Source: Octopus vulgaris | Taxonomy: Eukaryota | Reading direction: 5' to 3' | Length of the DNA: 64,000 bases | Assembly (NCBI GenBank): GCA_951406725.2 | Contig: OX597837.1 | Span: 45,880,001-45,944,000, forward strand | Shown here: in pieces, positions 28,695-42,807 of the stretch | Layout: every line of letters starts with the position of its first letter | How positions within the stretch are numbered: position 1 is the first letter of the stretch | Position numbers and translations under genes: made by a program | The notes under the pieces: generated by a model | The model's database searches: none | What the model saw: the letters and a program-made list of their open reading frames with translations, nothing else | What the model was told of the DNA's origin: nothing

Positions 28695-29358
28695 TTAGAT
28701 AGATAGAGACAGGTAGATAGATAGATAGATAGATAGATAGGTAGGTAGGTAGGTAGGTAGGTAGGTAGGTAGGTAGGTAGGTAGAAATGAAAGTTAGTAT
28801 ATGTCTGTTGGTGTGTGTGAAACAATCTGCAAATCTTTACTGCACCCAAACCACACACACACACACACTCACACGCATGCACACACACACACTCACACGC
28901 ACACACACACAGTGAATATCAGTAAGTATGAACGCATCCACATGCTTGCATGACACCATAAATCTATAAATTTATATTGTATTAGATTTCTTCGAGAGTT
29001 TACAACCTCCTCACATCGTGTGTGAGTGTGTGTGTGTGTGTCTAATGTATGTGTACACACATTGAGTTTATGTATGTAAACTTATATACACACACATACA
29101 CACATATGCATAAATATACACACATGTATAACCTTACAGATACAACCAGGCATACAAGCATACATATATATATACAATATATGTATATGTATATATGTGA
29201 GTGTGTGTGTGTGTGTGTGCACATACATATATGCATGTATGTGTTTGCATGTTAGTGCATGATATATATATATATATATATATATAGATAGATAGATATT
29301 ATTTACTTTGTTTTAGCCACACACACATATGCATATATATACATACATATACATACAC

Positions 29359-29404
<46 letters not shown>

Positions 29405-30400
29405 GTATATACACACACTACACACCATATCCATATATACATATATATATATATATACACACATAAGTACATGGTAGTGGAATCTAGGAAAGACATTAAG
29501 AACCGACCCAATATCTCCAAGACATTGTTTTGGCATTTTTTTACCTCCAAATTATTTTCCGTCTATTCATGTTACTAATTTTCAAATAGATTTTTCCCCC
29601 CAAGTTAGAAAGTTGTTTCTTTCACCATTATACACACACACACAAACATACATGTGTGTGTGTGTGTGTGTGTATATCCGCACATATCCGAACACACACA
29701 CACATATATACATACATATGCGTGTATGCATATATAAATGCATACACACACACACACATATATATATACATACACACACACATATATATACATACACATG
29801 TACATATGCATATTTGTGTTTCTATCTATGTATTTATAGATAGACAGAAGAATGTGTGTGTGTATATACATATATATTTATACATATGTATGTATATCTT
29901 TCCTCATTTCATTTTGTATTCTGGTTTTGTGTTGTTTTAGTTGCTTTTGAGGAGGGGGGGGGAGTTGTTTTATTCTATTTGTTGCTGTTTTCTTTGAGAG
30001 AATGGAGGAGGGGGGGGGGTCCCAGCCGTTAGTTTTAACCCATCTCTCAAAGAACGACAGCATAATATTATCTTAGATCTATTTACATAGGTGCACGGAT
30101 GGCTGTGTGGTTAGGAAGTTCAGTTTGCAAACCGCATGGCTTCAGGTTCAATTCCAGATTCAGTATTTTCTACGGTTTCAAACTGAACACTACCCTGTGA
30201 GTAAAACTAGCGAGGGGAAATTATGCTGAAGCCTCTGAGTGCACGTGCGTGTCTGTGTGTGTACGTGTGTATGTGTGTGTGTGTGTGTGTGTAGTTCAAC
30301 AAACAGATTGATAATTATTACTTGGGTCAGAATGGTTGCCTAAAACCTTTCCAGGCAAAGACCATGCTTGGCTGATTGGCAACAGCTGGGATGAAACAAG

Positions 30401-30432
<32 letters not shown>

Positions 30433-30529
30433 AAGTTAATCCAAACATGAAAACACAAAGAGAAAACAACAACGCGAGGACGTGGAACAAATATAGTATT
30501 ATTGGACGCTCAGGAAGGGAAGAAGGAGG

Positions 30530-30564
30530 GTTTAACGTTTCGAGCGGAACTCTTCGTCGGAAAC
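30530..30564 (-). ncRNA. Minimal hammerhead-like motif in the left arm of a fold-back element
   Basis: Reverse strand reads gttt-CCGACGA-a-gagt tcc gctc-GAAAC-GTT-aaac: stem I gttt/aaac, palindromic stem III region AACGTT. Confidence 0.5.
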
Positions 30565-30933
30565 ATAGGAGAAGGAAAGATCCAGAGAAGGGAAGACGGA
30601 GGAAAAAAATCGCCAACGGTACACACGCGGTCACATTTTGAACTAATATGGGATGAAGTTTTTTTACAGAAAAAATACTTCATCAAGAAAAAGTGGCAGC
30701 ATATTAAAATACCTTTAAAGGTTAAAATTATAAACAACTTATAAACAAGGGCAAAAGAAAATTATTCTATAATAATATGTGGAAGTTGATGATTTAAAAG
30801 TCTGTTATCAGCATATTGGCATAGAAATAATTTTCGTTTGCCCATGTTTATAAGTTGTGTATATATATACATGTGTGTACCGTTTGCGATTTTTTTCCGC
30901 CGTCTTCCTTTTTTAGATCTTTCCTTCTTCTAT

Positions 30934-30968
30934 GTTTCCGACGAAGAGCTCCGCTCGAAACATTAAAC
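30934..30968 (+). ncRNA. Minimal hammerhead-like motif in the right arm of a fold-back element
   Basis: gttt-CCGACGA-a-gagc tcc gctc-GAAAC-ATT-aaac; differs from the left-arm copy by a G>A change in stem III and one stem II base. Confidence 0.45.
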
Positions 30969-31059
30969 CCTCCTTCTTTCCTGAGCATCCAATAATACTA
31001 TATTTGTTCCACGTCCTCGCGTTGTTGTGTTTTTTTCATGCTTTCATGTTTGGATTAAC

Positions 31060-31107
<48 letters not shown>

Positions 31108-32094
31108 TTCATATGTGTTTATGCGTGGTGGTGTGTGTGTGTGTGTGTATCATCATCCTTGAACATGCTTTCCATGCTGGCATGGGTTGGATGGTTTGAC
31201 CAGAGTTGGCAAGCTGCACTAGACTCTAGTCTAATTAAGCATGATTTCTACAGCCCTTCCTAATGCCAACCACTTTGCAGAGTGTGCTGGGTACTTTTAC
31301 ATGGTACCACACAGACGCTTTTACAATGAAGTAGATGATGGCAGTATATGAATATATTTATGTATCGGCCCCTTTGCCTTTCCCTTGGATAACACTGGTA
31401 GTGTGGAGAGGGGAGGCCAGTATGCATGGCCGACTGCTGGTCTTCCATAAACAACCTTACCCAGACTTGTGCCTGGGGGGAGGGGCTAACTTCCTAGGTG
31501 CAATCTCACAGTCAGTCATGACCGAAGGGGATCTCAGCATAAACCAGGCCACATCAAATGTATGGAATGTCTGTCAGGTCAGGTCAATGCATTTACTAAA
31601 TGCCAGTTTCAGTTTATTTCTTTCAGAATATCATCATATTTTTATGACAAGTGTGTGTGTGTGTGTTATTTATGAGTGGCAAAAGCAGTATTCAAAAAAT
31701 CCCATGTATCATACTTAAAGCAGATACATTGTTGCTGATACATTGTTGAAAGCCTGATAAACGGTAGTATTCATTGCAAGATAGCATCTTTTAAAGACTT
31801 ATAGTGTTAAAAAAAAAAAAAATATATATCAGTAGCAGATGAAAATCATCCAACAGCAGTGATGACATTGCTAAATGTGCATTTCTGTGTCTTTGGGCTT
31901 CATCAATCATCAATGACAAACACATGCTAAGAAAACATCTGCCATTACTGATATAGTACAACAGTGACTGAAAAAAAATTACTATCCCAATTAACAGGCA
32001 GGTTGATTAAAAATTTGTTATCACTGATAAAGAAGAGTACTAGTTCCAAACAGCAATTGGTGTATCACACTTAAAGCAGATATATTGTTGAAAG

Positions 32095-33245
32095 CCTGGA
32101 ATATAAGACTGTGGACTGTCATCTCTCATTGAATTACATATGGAGTAAACAACGTTGGACTATTGGCTAGCCTTTCATTACATTACATCTGGAGTGTAAG
32201 ACTGTAAAGTGACACCTACCACTAAATTACATCTGGAATATAAGACTATCTCTACCATTACGTTACATCACATCTGGAGTGTAAGACTATGAACTGCTAT
32301 CTACCACTAAAATACATCTGGAGTATAAGACTGGAGATTGTTATCTACCATTACATTACATCTGGAGTATAAAACTCTGGATTGCTGTCTACCACTAAAT
32401 CACATCTGGAGTATAAGACTTTAGAGTGACACCTACCACTAAATTACATCTGGAATATAAGGCGATCTCTACCATTACATTATATCACATCTGGAGTATA
32501 AGACTGTGGACTGCCTTCTACCACTCAAATACATCTGGCGTATGAGACTGCAGACTTTTGTCTACTATTACATTACATCTGGAGTATAAGACTATGGATT
32601 GCTGTCAACCACTAAATTACATCTGGAATATAAGAGTGTAGACTGGTGATTAACACTAAATTACATCTGGAATATAAGACTATGGTGTCTATCACTAAAT
32701 TACATCTGCAGTATGTAATACTGTAAACTAACATCTACCACTAAATTACATCTGGAGTATAAGACTTTGGACTGGTGTCTATTACATTATATCAAGTGTT
32801 GAAGACTATGTCTATCATTACATTACATCTGTAGTATAAGACTGTAGACTGCTGTCTACCCATAAATTACATCTGGAAGATAAGATTGTGGACTGGTATC
32901 TACTATTACACTACATTTGGAGTATTGTCTACCACTGAATTACATCTGGAGTCTATCACTAATTACATCTGGAGTCTATCAATAATTACATCTGGAGTCT
33001 ATCACTAAATTACTGGAGTCACTAAATTACATCTGGAGTACAAAACTGTAGATTGGCATTTAACATTAAATTACATTTGGTGTATAAGATTCTTGGCTAC
33101 CACTAAATTATATCTGGAATATAAGACTATATGGACTGGTGTGTACCACTAAATTATATCTGGAGTATAATATGGTGGATTGTTGTCTACCACTAAATTA
33201 CATCCAGAATATAAGACTAAGTCTAATCATTACATCTGCAATACA
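32095..33245. repeat. Minisatellite, ~40-45 bp unit, with higher-order structure
   Basis: About 25 copies of ttacatctggagtataagact...ctaccactaaa. A block is repeated with a 217-bp offset (32211 vs 32428), and shortened ~20-bp units occur at 32940-33030. Confidence 0.9.
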
Positions 33246-35585
33246 AGATAGTAGAAACTGACTGGGGTTTCCCCAGAATTTTACATGTTGAACTCTACAC
33301 AGAAACAAGAGAATAGAAGAAATCAATAAACTATAGTTACTGTACTCACCAAATATTCCGTTTCTGAGGACTTGCCTTTCCATGTACGTTTCTGTGAGAG
33401 AACTTAGCTACCATTTCCAGAAATATTCCATCAGCACTGTTAATCAAGTGTACTCTTTTTGTGGGTGAGACACCTGGGGAGAAATTGGTAAACATAAATC
33501 AATAAGAATTTGGTAGAAGCATGGCTGTGCGGTTAAGAAGCTTGCTTTGCAATCATACAGGCAAATGTCTTTTAACATAACTTCAGGCTAACTAATGTCT
33601 AGTGAGTGACTTTGGTAGATGGAAACTGTGTGGAAGCCTTTCATATGTGTGTGTGAGTTTGGGTTTTTTTTTGTATCCCTCCAGCATTTAACAATCAGTG
33701 TTGGTTTGTTTACACCCCTGTAACATAGTGGTTGAGCAAAAGACAATGACAGAAGAAGTACCAGCTGACCAATGTGTGCTTACTCGCTTAAGGCAGAGGT
33801 TGGAGATTATCTAAGGGATTATTAAGGTGGCACGCAAAAAGCACCAACCAATCATGGCCGTTGCCAGCCTCCCTTGGCACCTGTGCCGGTGGCACGTAAG
33901 TAGCACCCACTACACTCATGGAGTGGTTGGTATTAGGAAGGGCAGCATCCAGCTGTAGAAACACTGCCAGATCAGACTGGAGCCTGGTGCAGCCTCCTGG
34001 CTTCCCAGACCCCAGTCGAACCGTCCAACAATGATGATGATATACATATACATATATACATATATACATATATACATATACACATATACATATATACATA
34101 TATACATATATATATATACATATACACATATACATATACATATATACATATACATATATACATATATACATATACACATATACATATATATACATATACA
34201 CATATACATATATACATATACATATATACATATACATATATACATATACATATATACATATACATATATACATATACATACATATATATATATATATATT
34301 GTTGAATATTAAATATAATATTCAATAATAATAATGGGTAATAAACCAGTAAATTCATTGAATAAAAAAAATGTGAAGCTAACAACACACATAAAACTTT
34401 GAAAGATGAGGAAGGCAAATAATGACCCCTTTTAGACTTCCCACCCCTAAATGTCAAAGGAGCACCAGCTAAACAGCCATTAATCTGCTCCAATAATGTA
34501 GTGTTTCGGAGAGATCCTCTCCTTCTCTGCACCACCACCATCATCATCAAAATAAAAAGGACGAAGTCGTTAATAATGTGTTTTTCATATATATATAATA
34601 TATATATATATATACACATACACACACATGTATATACACACACACACATACTATACATATAAACATATAAACTTGTGTGTGTATATATTTATATATAAAT
34701 ATATACATACATATGTATATACATAAACGTATATATGCATATACTTAAATAGATGTACACATATATATGTATACACTTAAATATACATATACGTATATAT
34801 ACATACATATACATACATATATACATATATATATATACATACATATTTATATACATACATATATATATATACACACATATATATGTATGTATATATACAT
34901 ATATATGCATGTATATATACATATATGCATGTATATATACATACATATATATAAATATACATATATATACATACATATATGTCTGTATATATAGATACAT
35001 GTATATACATGTATGCGTGTATATAGATATATATATATATATATATATATACATACGTGTATATAAATATATGCATGTATATGCATATACTTATATATAC
35101 GTATGTGCATATATGTGTGTGTGCATGTATGTGTGCGCATATATTCGTGTGGGGGGGATGGTGTAGATAAATAATTAAATATATAAAGCAGAGAGGATCG
35201 TTGAACCATTGAATTGAAGATTCCACCAGAATTCAATCAGGTGAAACGGAGGGGGTAAGGGACGGGGTGGGGGGTAGGGGAGGTTTCAGGTGACGAAAAT
35301 TATCTTCTTTATGGTCAATCATTTACATGAGTGAACATCAGCAACAGCGCCAGAGATTTCGGTAAAAAAAAACAGAAAAGATTGGTGATGGATAGCATTT
35401 CCCATTTTTCTCGTTACATTCACAGAGATATATATATTATGTAAAATATACACACAAACACACATATATGAACTCATAAAAGAGGTACCTATGTATACAC
35501 ATATATGTATATAAACACACACACACACATATATATATATACATATATTCACACACACACAGATATATATATATATACATATATT

Positions 35586-35621
<36 letters not shown>

Positions 35622-36489
35622 CACATATATTCACACACACACACACATATATATATATGCATATATTCATACACACATATGTATATAGATTTATTTATAT
35701 ATATAAATATACATATATACACACACACACATATTCACACAAATATATATTTGCACACATATACATATATATATATACACACATATACATATATATATAC
35801 ACACACACATGCATTTTATTTATATATATATATATATATACACACACATATTCACACACATATATATATATATATGCACACATATACATACACACACACA
35901 TGTGCATTTTATATATATATATATATATACACATATATAAAATAGACACAAACACACAAATGTGCAGATGCTTATTTGTTTTTTTTATATATTTTGTTTT
36001 GGTCTATTTGTTTGTTTGTCTTTTCAGCTTCCTTTTACATTACTATAACTATTACTACTACTATTACTACTACTACTACTACCACTACTGCTACTGGTAT
36101 ACTTTCCCCACCACCATCACCATCATCATCATCCAAGCCACCAATCCTTCAATGGCCACCCATATCTGCCAGCTATCTGTTTGTGATATCACTAACGGCA
36201 TTTGATCTCTCTTTAGTATTATTTGCTCTCAAGAAGCTAAAGTGGATCTTTTTTTAGAGATTCCTTCAGCTTTTATACACTTCACACCCATTGCACACAC
36301 ACACACACCCACCCACACACATACACCTTTATATGTACATGGCTCTGAGTATAAGCATACTGATGTCTGTGTATGGACACATACACATGTGTGTGTTTGT
36401 ATGTGCACATGCATGTATATGTGGTACATGTATGAGCATTTGCATATACATATGTATGTATGTATGTATATGTATATTTATATATGTAT

Positions 36490-36549
<60 letters not shown>

Positions 36550-36704
36550 GAGACAACTTCCCATACGAATGTTTACATTTGTATCTCATTTTTCAAGAAA
36601 AAAATTTCTAAAAATGTATATACATATGTATATACGCATGTATATACATATGTACACATATATCAATGTGTGTGTGTGTGTGTGTGCATATGTATTTATA
36701 TATA

Positions 36705-36899
36705 CAGGGTACAGTCACTGAATTGCCATCTAAATTATGCAAAAATGAAAATAACATTTACATCTCATTTTAACAGATATATTTACCAAAATTACATAAA
36801 AATATCTTGAAATACAAAAGAGTAAATTTACTCAATAAAATCACCACTGGCTTCAACCATAGCTTCCTGATGGCTTCAGAATCTCCTGCAACTCTTCTG
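36705..36899 (-). mobile_element. Tc1/mariner transposon end with decayed transposase C-terminus
   Basis: TA|cagggt terminus. Minus strand 36899-36828 translates QKSCRRF*SHQEAMVEASGDFIE*, the typical C-terminal helix of Tc1/mariner-superfamily transposases, with a nonsense mutation. Confidence 0.7.
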
Positions 36900-37059
36900 G
36901 AGAGGCGCCTAGTTTAAGTTGGTTACTATAATTTATTAGTTTCTTTTGAATATTCTTAGTTTATGCATTGGTATATCCCATTTATGTTCATTAGAAATTA
37001 AATAAATAAAGAATCTTGACATGTACGAATACTTGTTTCCCCCCACTGTGTGTATAATA

Positions 37060-37355
37060 TATATCACGTGATCACGTGACCAACCAGACCATCAGATGTC
37101 GCTACATATCACTGGTCACAATGCGCTTCACATTGTTTTTGCCTTCGAATGACACCACCCCACTGGCTAAGTAAGCAGGCCAACAGAAGAAAGAGTCGTG
37201 AAAGAGTACAGCAGGGATCACCACCCCCTGCCAGAGCCTTGTGGAGCTTTTAGGTGTTTTCGCTCAATAAACACTCACAACATCCGGACTGAGAATCGAA
37301 ACCGCGATCCTCCGACAGCGAGTCTGCTGCCGTAACCACTGGGCCATTGCGCCTC

Positions 37356-37358
<3 letters not shown>
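37060..37358 (-). mobile_element. tRNA-derived SINE (distinct family)
   Basis: Minus strand ggaggcgcaatggcccagtggtta...ggtttcgattc tRNA-like head followed by a unique body. Confidence 0.65.
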
Positions 37359-37395
<37 letters not shown>

Positions 37396-37396
<1 letters not shown>

Positions 37397-39223
37397 TGTA
37401 AAAACCCATGTAAGGTATGCACTTTTCTTCACAAAAACAAAAATAAATTACATGAGTAGATTGATTCCAGAATTTTTTTAGAAATTTTTTATCGTGAAAA
37501 ATGAGATACAAATGTAAACATTCGTATGGGAAGTTGTCTCATTTAATGTCAGAATAGGTTTTTACAGAAAAAAATATAATGAAGTTGACTTTTATTTATG
37601 CTAGACGCTATAATGCTTACTTATTCTGTACAAATTTACTACTTTTTGAAGTTTGACGTTCATGCTGGTAATCACAGTCCGGGCCATATTTTACATTGCT
37701 TGGAGTTTCTACCTATTGCAACGGAGCCCAGCAATTTCCTTAAATAGATCACTTTTTCTCCACTTAAGAAGTCTAGCTTGCACCCAGGATTTTTTATCGT
37801 AAAAATGAGATACAAATGTAAACATTCGTATGGGAAGTTGTCTCATTTAATGTCAGAATAGGTTTTTACAGAAAAAAATATAATGAAGTTGAGTTTTATT
37901 TATGCTAGACGCTATAATGCTTACTTATTCTGTACAAATTTACTACTTTTTGAAGTTTGACGTTCATGCTGGTAATCACAGTCCGGGCCATATTTTACAT
38001 TGCTTGGAGTTTCTACCTATTGCAACGGAGCCCAGCAATTTCCTTAAATAGATCACTTTTTCTCCACTTAAGAAGTCTAGCTTGCACCCAGGACGCTATT
38101 GCTTACTTTCTTCTCATTAGGACAATGAAATTCATCACCGCCGACATTGCCACTACCAGCTCTTACCGCATCTAACGCTGATGACAACATCATAATTCAT
38201 CCTTGTGCATGTAAACTCACTAAGTGAATATGACGTAGTGTTCCTACAGAAACCTTCATTTAACTCATACGATGTTTAATGTCGTTTCACATTCATGTTG
38301 AGTTATGCAGCAATCTTATATTCTCTTCATAGAACACTTGTAATGTATGTATTACCAGTTCTTTAAGTATAGCAGATTTTTACCATTCTTGTTTATGTCT
38401 TCTCACAGACGTGTATATTCTAACAAGTCACTTCTTAAATTTCACACCTCTCTTATTCAATAAACACTGAGTTAAACTTGCAAAGCTGTTTATTTTCTCC
38501 TTTCGATTTTTAATGTCTATTTTAGCGGGTAACCAAACAATCAGTTTGGTCTCCCGGCTAAAACGGTAATGACAAATTTTAAAGCTTACTTGACATTTTA
38601 TAAGTGTGAAAGGGATTCAAATTTCGATACTCCATACCAAAGGTTCCGACAGGAGTAGGCAGAAAATCAGAGCTTGAGACAAGAAGACACTTTCAACCAA
38701 TCAGAATTCTGGTTACGTAACCAGTTTGATTGGTCTTCTGCTGATTGCATAAAGTGTCATCCAAGCTGATGTTTATTTGTAATTAAACTTATTTTGCAAC
38801 ACTTGTGCATATTTATCAGCTTTGTTTTTGTTGATAAGAATTCTTAACAACTTTTCCTGTGATCATGATTTAAGAAGACATACAAAAGCATGTAAAAGAT
38901 CAGACATAATCTCTTGTGAGCAAGAAATGTAAAATAAAGTTTATTATAAACAACACAAACACTTTGTAATTTAATAGCTTCCAATGTGATATTTGTTAAA
39001 CAGAAATTATTTAATGAAAATTTTATAAAATCTAATCATATGTAAGTGAAATTATGCTAAATACAACTAAATTGAAAACCTTTTCCCCCAAGGCCATATC
39101 GGCAATTCTAAAAACTTTTAGATCCAAATATAACACAAGAAGAAGCTTTTTTTTAACAATTTTTAACCTGAAAATTAACCTGTGTAAATTACACAGGTGC
39201 ACATATTACATGGGTTTTTACAG
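37396..39223. mobile_element. Non-autonomous pogo/Tigger-like DNA transposon (~1.8 kb) with an internal 304-bp tandem duplication
   Basis: TA|ctgtaaaaacccatgtaa..gcac ... gtgc..ttacatgggtttttacag|TA. 37486-37789 is duplicated at 37790-38093. No long ORF. Confidence 0.8.
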
Positions 39224-40889
39224 TATATGTACATATGTATATATATGTATATATATATATGTGTGTGTGTATATATAAATATATATACATACATATACAC
39301 ATATACATATATATATACAAATACACATATATACACATATACATATATATACAAATACACATATATTCATATATATATACATATATATATATACATACAC
39401 ATATATATAGATATATACATATATATATACACTCACATATATATACATATATATACATAAATATATAGACATATACACATATATATATACACATAAATAT
39501 AGACATATACACATATATATATACAAATATATAGATACATATACACAAATATATAGACATATACACATATATATATACAAATATATAGATACATATACAC
39601 ATATATATATGCATACACACACACACACATATAGAATCAGATGAATATGGTACTTAAGTTAAAGGCACCAGAATTTTGTATGGTATTATCCATATAAATC
39701 AAATGGGGTGATTATAATCAAAATAAGCAACAAGGATATCCAAGGTAGTGTAGTACAATTGTTTCATGCTACTCCATTTTATTAAACAATGTAAGTATTA
39801 CATCAGTTTTAAAATGTTGAGCAATCTTCAGCCACATATAGAATTTACCTATTAAACAGACAATGCACATTTTTATCCCTATTTCATTTGCCAACATTAC
39901 AAAGAGGGTAGATATATAGACAGAGAGGTTGATTTCATTCTTAAGAACATGATGGCAGTATGTTCATTCTCCGTCTTTGTAAAAGAGTATCTCCATTATA
40001 CGAGCAATGTCATCCACTTCCAATGTTCTGCAAAAACATGCCTGACCATGGGGAAATATGGCCTTGTGAGGAAACAAGTAAGGAAAGGCATCTGACTGTA
40101 GAAACATCTTCTGCAACAAATTCCATCATGCATGTATGTAATTATTCAGTTTTAAATCAAGATTTCTTGCCAATAGAGGAAATGGCAGTTTCTAACCGAG
40201 ATCCAAGGATCCTTCATTGGAATTTCAACATCAACAGGGTATTTATGTATGTGTGTATACATGCAGATTTATATGCTTTGTTTTATGTTATGTATCCGCA
40301 TGAATATAGCTACATATCTAGACATGCTCATACATATATCTAAATGACAAACATCCGGAAAGATTTACAAATTTTTATAATTCCAGTGATGTATGGGATC
40401 TGTAGTCTTTGAGTCAGCTTTCTCTTTTCTGGTCTTGAGAAACCTAATTTCTCAAGAGTGGTATGTTACATATCCCAGTGCCCTCAATTAATTACAGGTA
40501 TCAATCTGATAGAGTAACTGGATAGAATAACTGCAGATTCTTCAATAGTTCAGCATAGGTACGTATGTATGTATGCTTGTGTTTATGAATGTATGTATGT
40601 ATGTATGTGTTTATGTATGTATGTATGTATGTGTTTATGTATATCGATGAGAGAAAGAGAAAGAAAAACACAAGAGTCCAACAGCCAAAGATGCATATAC
40701 ATAAAATATGGAGGTACCTCGTGTGTATGTATTTGTATACACAAATATGTCTTTCTTGTTCATCCACTCTTAAATTTTATCAAAACTTCTCAAAAAACCA
40801 TTTTTTGAGCTTGTGTGCACCTGTGTGTTTATAAATATATATTCAAATTCATGTTGTGTCTATTATTTCTGTATACATATGGACACATG

Positions 40890-41075
<186 letters not shown>

Positions 41076-41687
41076 TACTGAAAGAGACGTGCATATATAG
41101 AAACAGAGATAAAAAGAGAAAAGGGAGATAGAGGGGGAGACAGGTGCATATATATGTGTGTGTGTACTCATATATACACACACGTACAAATACACACACA
41201 CACATATATATTTATACATACACACATATATATGTGTGTATATAAATGTATATGTATGTATATGCATATATAAAGATATAATACACATATATATATATAT
41301 AGATGTATTATATATTTGTATATGCATATCTATCTATATATATACACACACATATATACATACACACACACATATATATACGCACATATATATATACGCA
41401 CATATATATACACACATATATATATACACATATATATATATATACACACATATATATACACACACACACACACAAATATATATTTTTTATATGCATGTAC
41501 ATGAAATAAATATAAAAGTTATATCTAAATATATCCCCACACATACACACACACACAAACACACACATACATGTAAGTATGTATACAAATGCTGAGACAA
41601 ACACATCAAATATATGGAGCATAAAAAATACCAGCAAAGGCTAAGAAACACAGAAATACCAATTTTTATGCCACAGGTAGTCAATCT

Positions 41688-41729
<42 letters not shown>

Positions 41730-41919
41730 ACCAATTTAGAAAGTGTTTCCAAACAATATTAAGATTCTGTCTAAGAAATATTGTTTTAGCGCCTCCAGAG
41801 AAAAACAAAAAAAAAAACAAAACCAACATAAACATTGTATATTATATACACATATTCCATTATTTTGTGTTTGCTGGTTCTTTCTGGGTCTTATCTATTC
41901 TTGCACCAAACATCTAGGA

Positions 41920-42029
41920 ATGAGGAGACAGGATGAAGAACATCAGACCAAATTTAGATGCCAAAACAATAACAATAACAATAATAATAATAATAATAAT
42001 AATAGTAATGATAATCAAAATAGTAATGA

Positions 42030-42108
<79 letters not shown>

Positions 42109-42140
42109 GGTGGTGGTGGTGGTGGGAGGAGGAGGAGGGG
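41920..42140 (+). CDS. Candidate upstream FaNaC coding exon (MRRQDEEHQTKFRCQ + polyN/polyS/polyG + RRRR)
   Basis: Acceptor-like ...ttcttgcaccaaacatctAG at 41917, ATG at 41920, open frame to GG|GTAATG at 42140/42141. This is a phase-2 donor matching the phase-2 acceptor at 44450. Hypothetical. Confidence 0.25.
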
Positions 42141-42366
42141 GTAATGGTAAGCTGAAAGTAAAGGAATGGCTTCTTGGATGAAATATTTTTAAACCACTAA
42201 GAAAAACTTTCTAGGTTTTTTTACTCTAATGACGAAAAACTGACGTACTTGTCGTCCTTTTCCAGTACTTGAAAATCAAAGTACAAGTTATACGCTGAGG
42301 TTAATTAAATTAAATTAAATTAACTACACACCTACCCTGCACAAAAAATTATGGAATCTTATTATA

Positions 42367-42529
42367 GGTGCAGGAGTGGCTGTGTGGTAAGTAGCTTGCT
42401 TACCAACCACATGGTTCCGGGTTCAGTCCCACTGTATGGCTTCGAGGGTAAGTGTCTTCTACTATAGCCTCGGGCCAACCAAAGCCTTCTGAGTGGATTT
42501 GGTAGACAGAAACTGAAAGAAGCCTCTCG

Positions 42530-42573
<44 letters not shown>

Positions 42574-42775
42574 CGTTTGTGTGTCTGTGTTTGTCCCCCC
42601 AACATCGCTTGACAACAGATGCTGGTGTGTTACGTCCCCGTAACTTAGCGGTTCAGCAATAGAGACTGACAGAATAAGTACTAGGCTTACAAAGAATAAG
42701 TCCAGGGGTTAATTTGCTCGACTAAAGGCGGTGCTTCAGTATGGCCACAGTCAAATGACTGAAACAGGTAAAAGA
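42367..42775 (+). mobile_element. tRNA-derived SINE family A, full-length copy
   Basis: tRNA-like head (gtggctgtgtggtaag...ggttcagtccc), internal (TA)/(TG) tract and conserved tail. Other copies at ~3861-4180(+), 5210-5450(+), 13160-13440(+), 14645-15026(-), 16508-16882(-), 17600-17988(+), 21818-21980(+), 25500-26167(-), 26905-27230(+) and more. Confidence 0.85.
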
Positions 42776-42807
42776 ATTATTATTACTAATATTATTGTTA
42801 TCATTTT

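Larger units (their letters stand above)
30432..31062. mobile_element. Fold-back element with ~190-bp inverted arms (Penelope-like pseudo-LTR derivative) and a nested inner inverted repeat
   Basis: 30432-30627 is the reverse complement of 30872-31062, and ~30734-30770 is inverted to ~30821-30858. Flanked by (TA)n. Confidence 0.75.

Noticed and set aside
32095-33245. CRISPR-like repeat/spacer appearance
   Set aside because: The spacers are homologous to each other, there are no cas genes, and the context is eukaryotic: a minisatellite.
42367-42440. tRNA-like sequences (also 25728 and 37358)
   Set aside because: They continue into SINE bodies and lack an intact cloverleaf; SINE heads, not tRNA genes.
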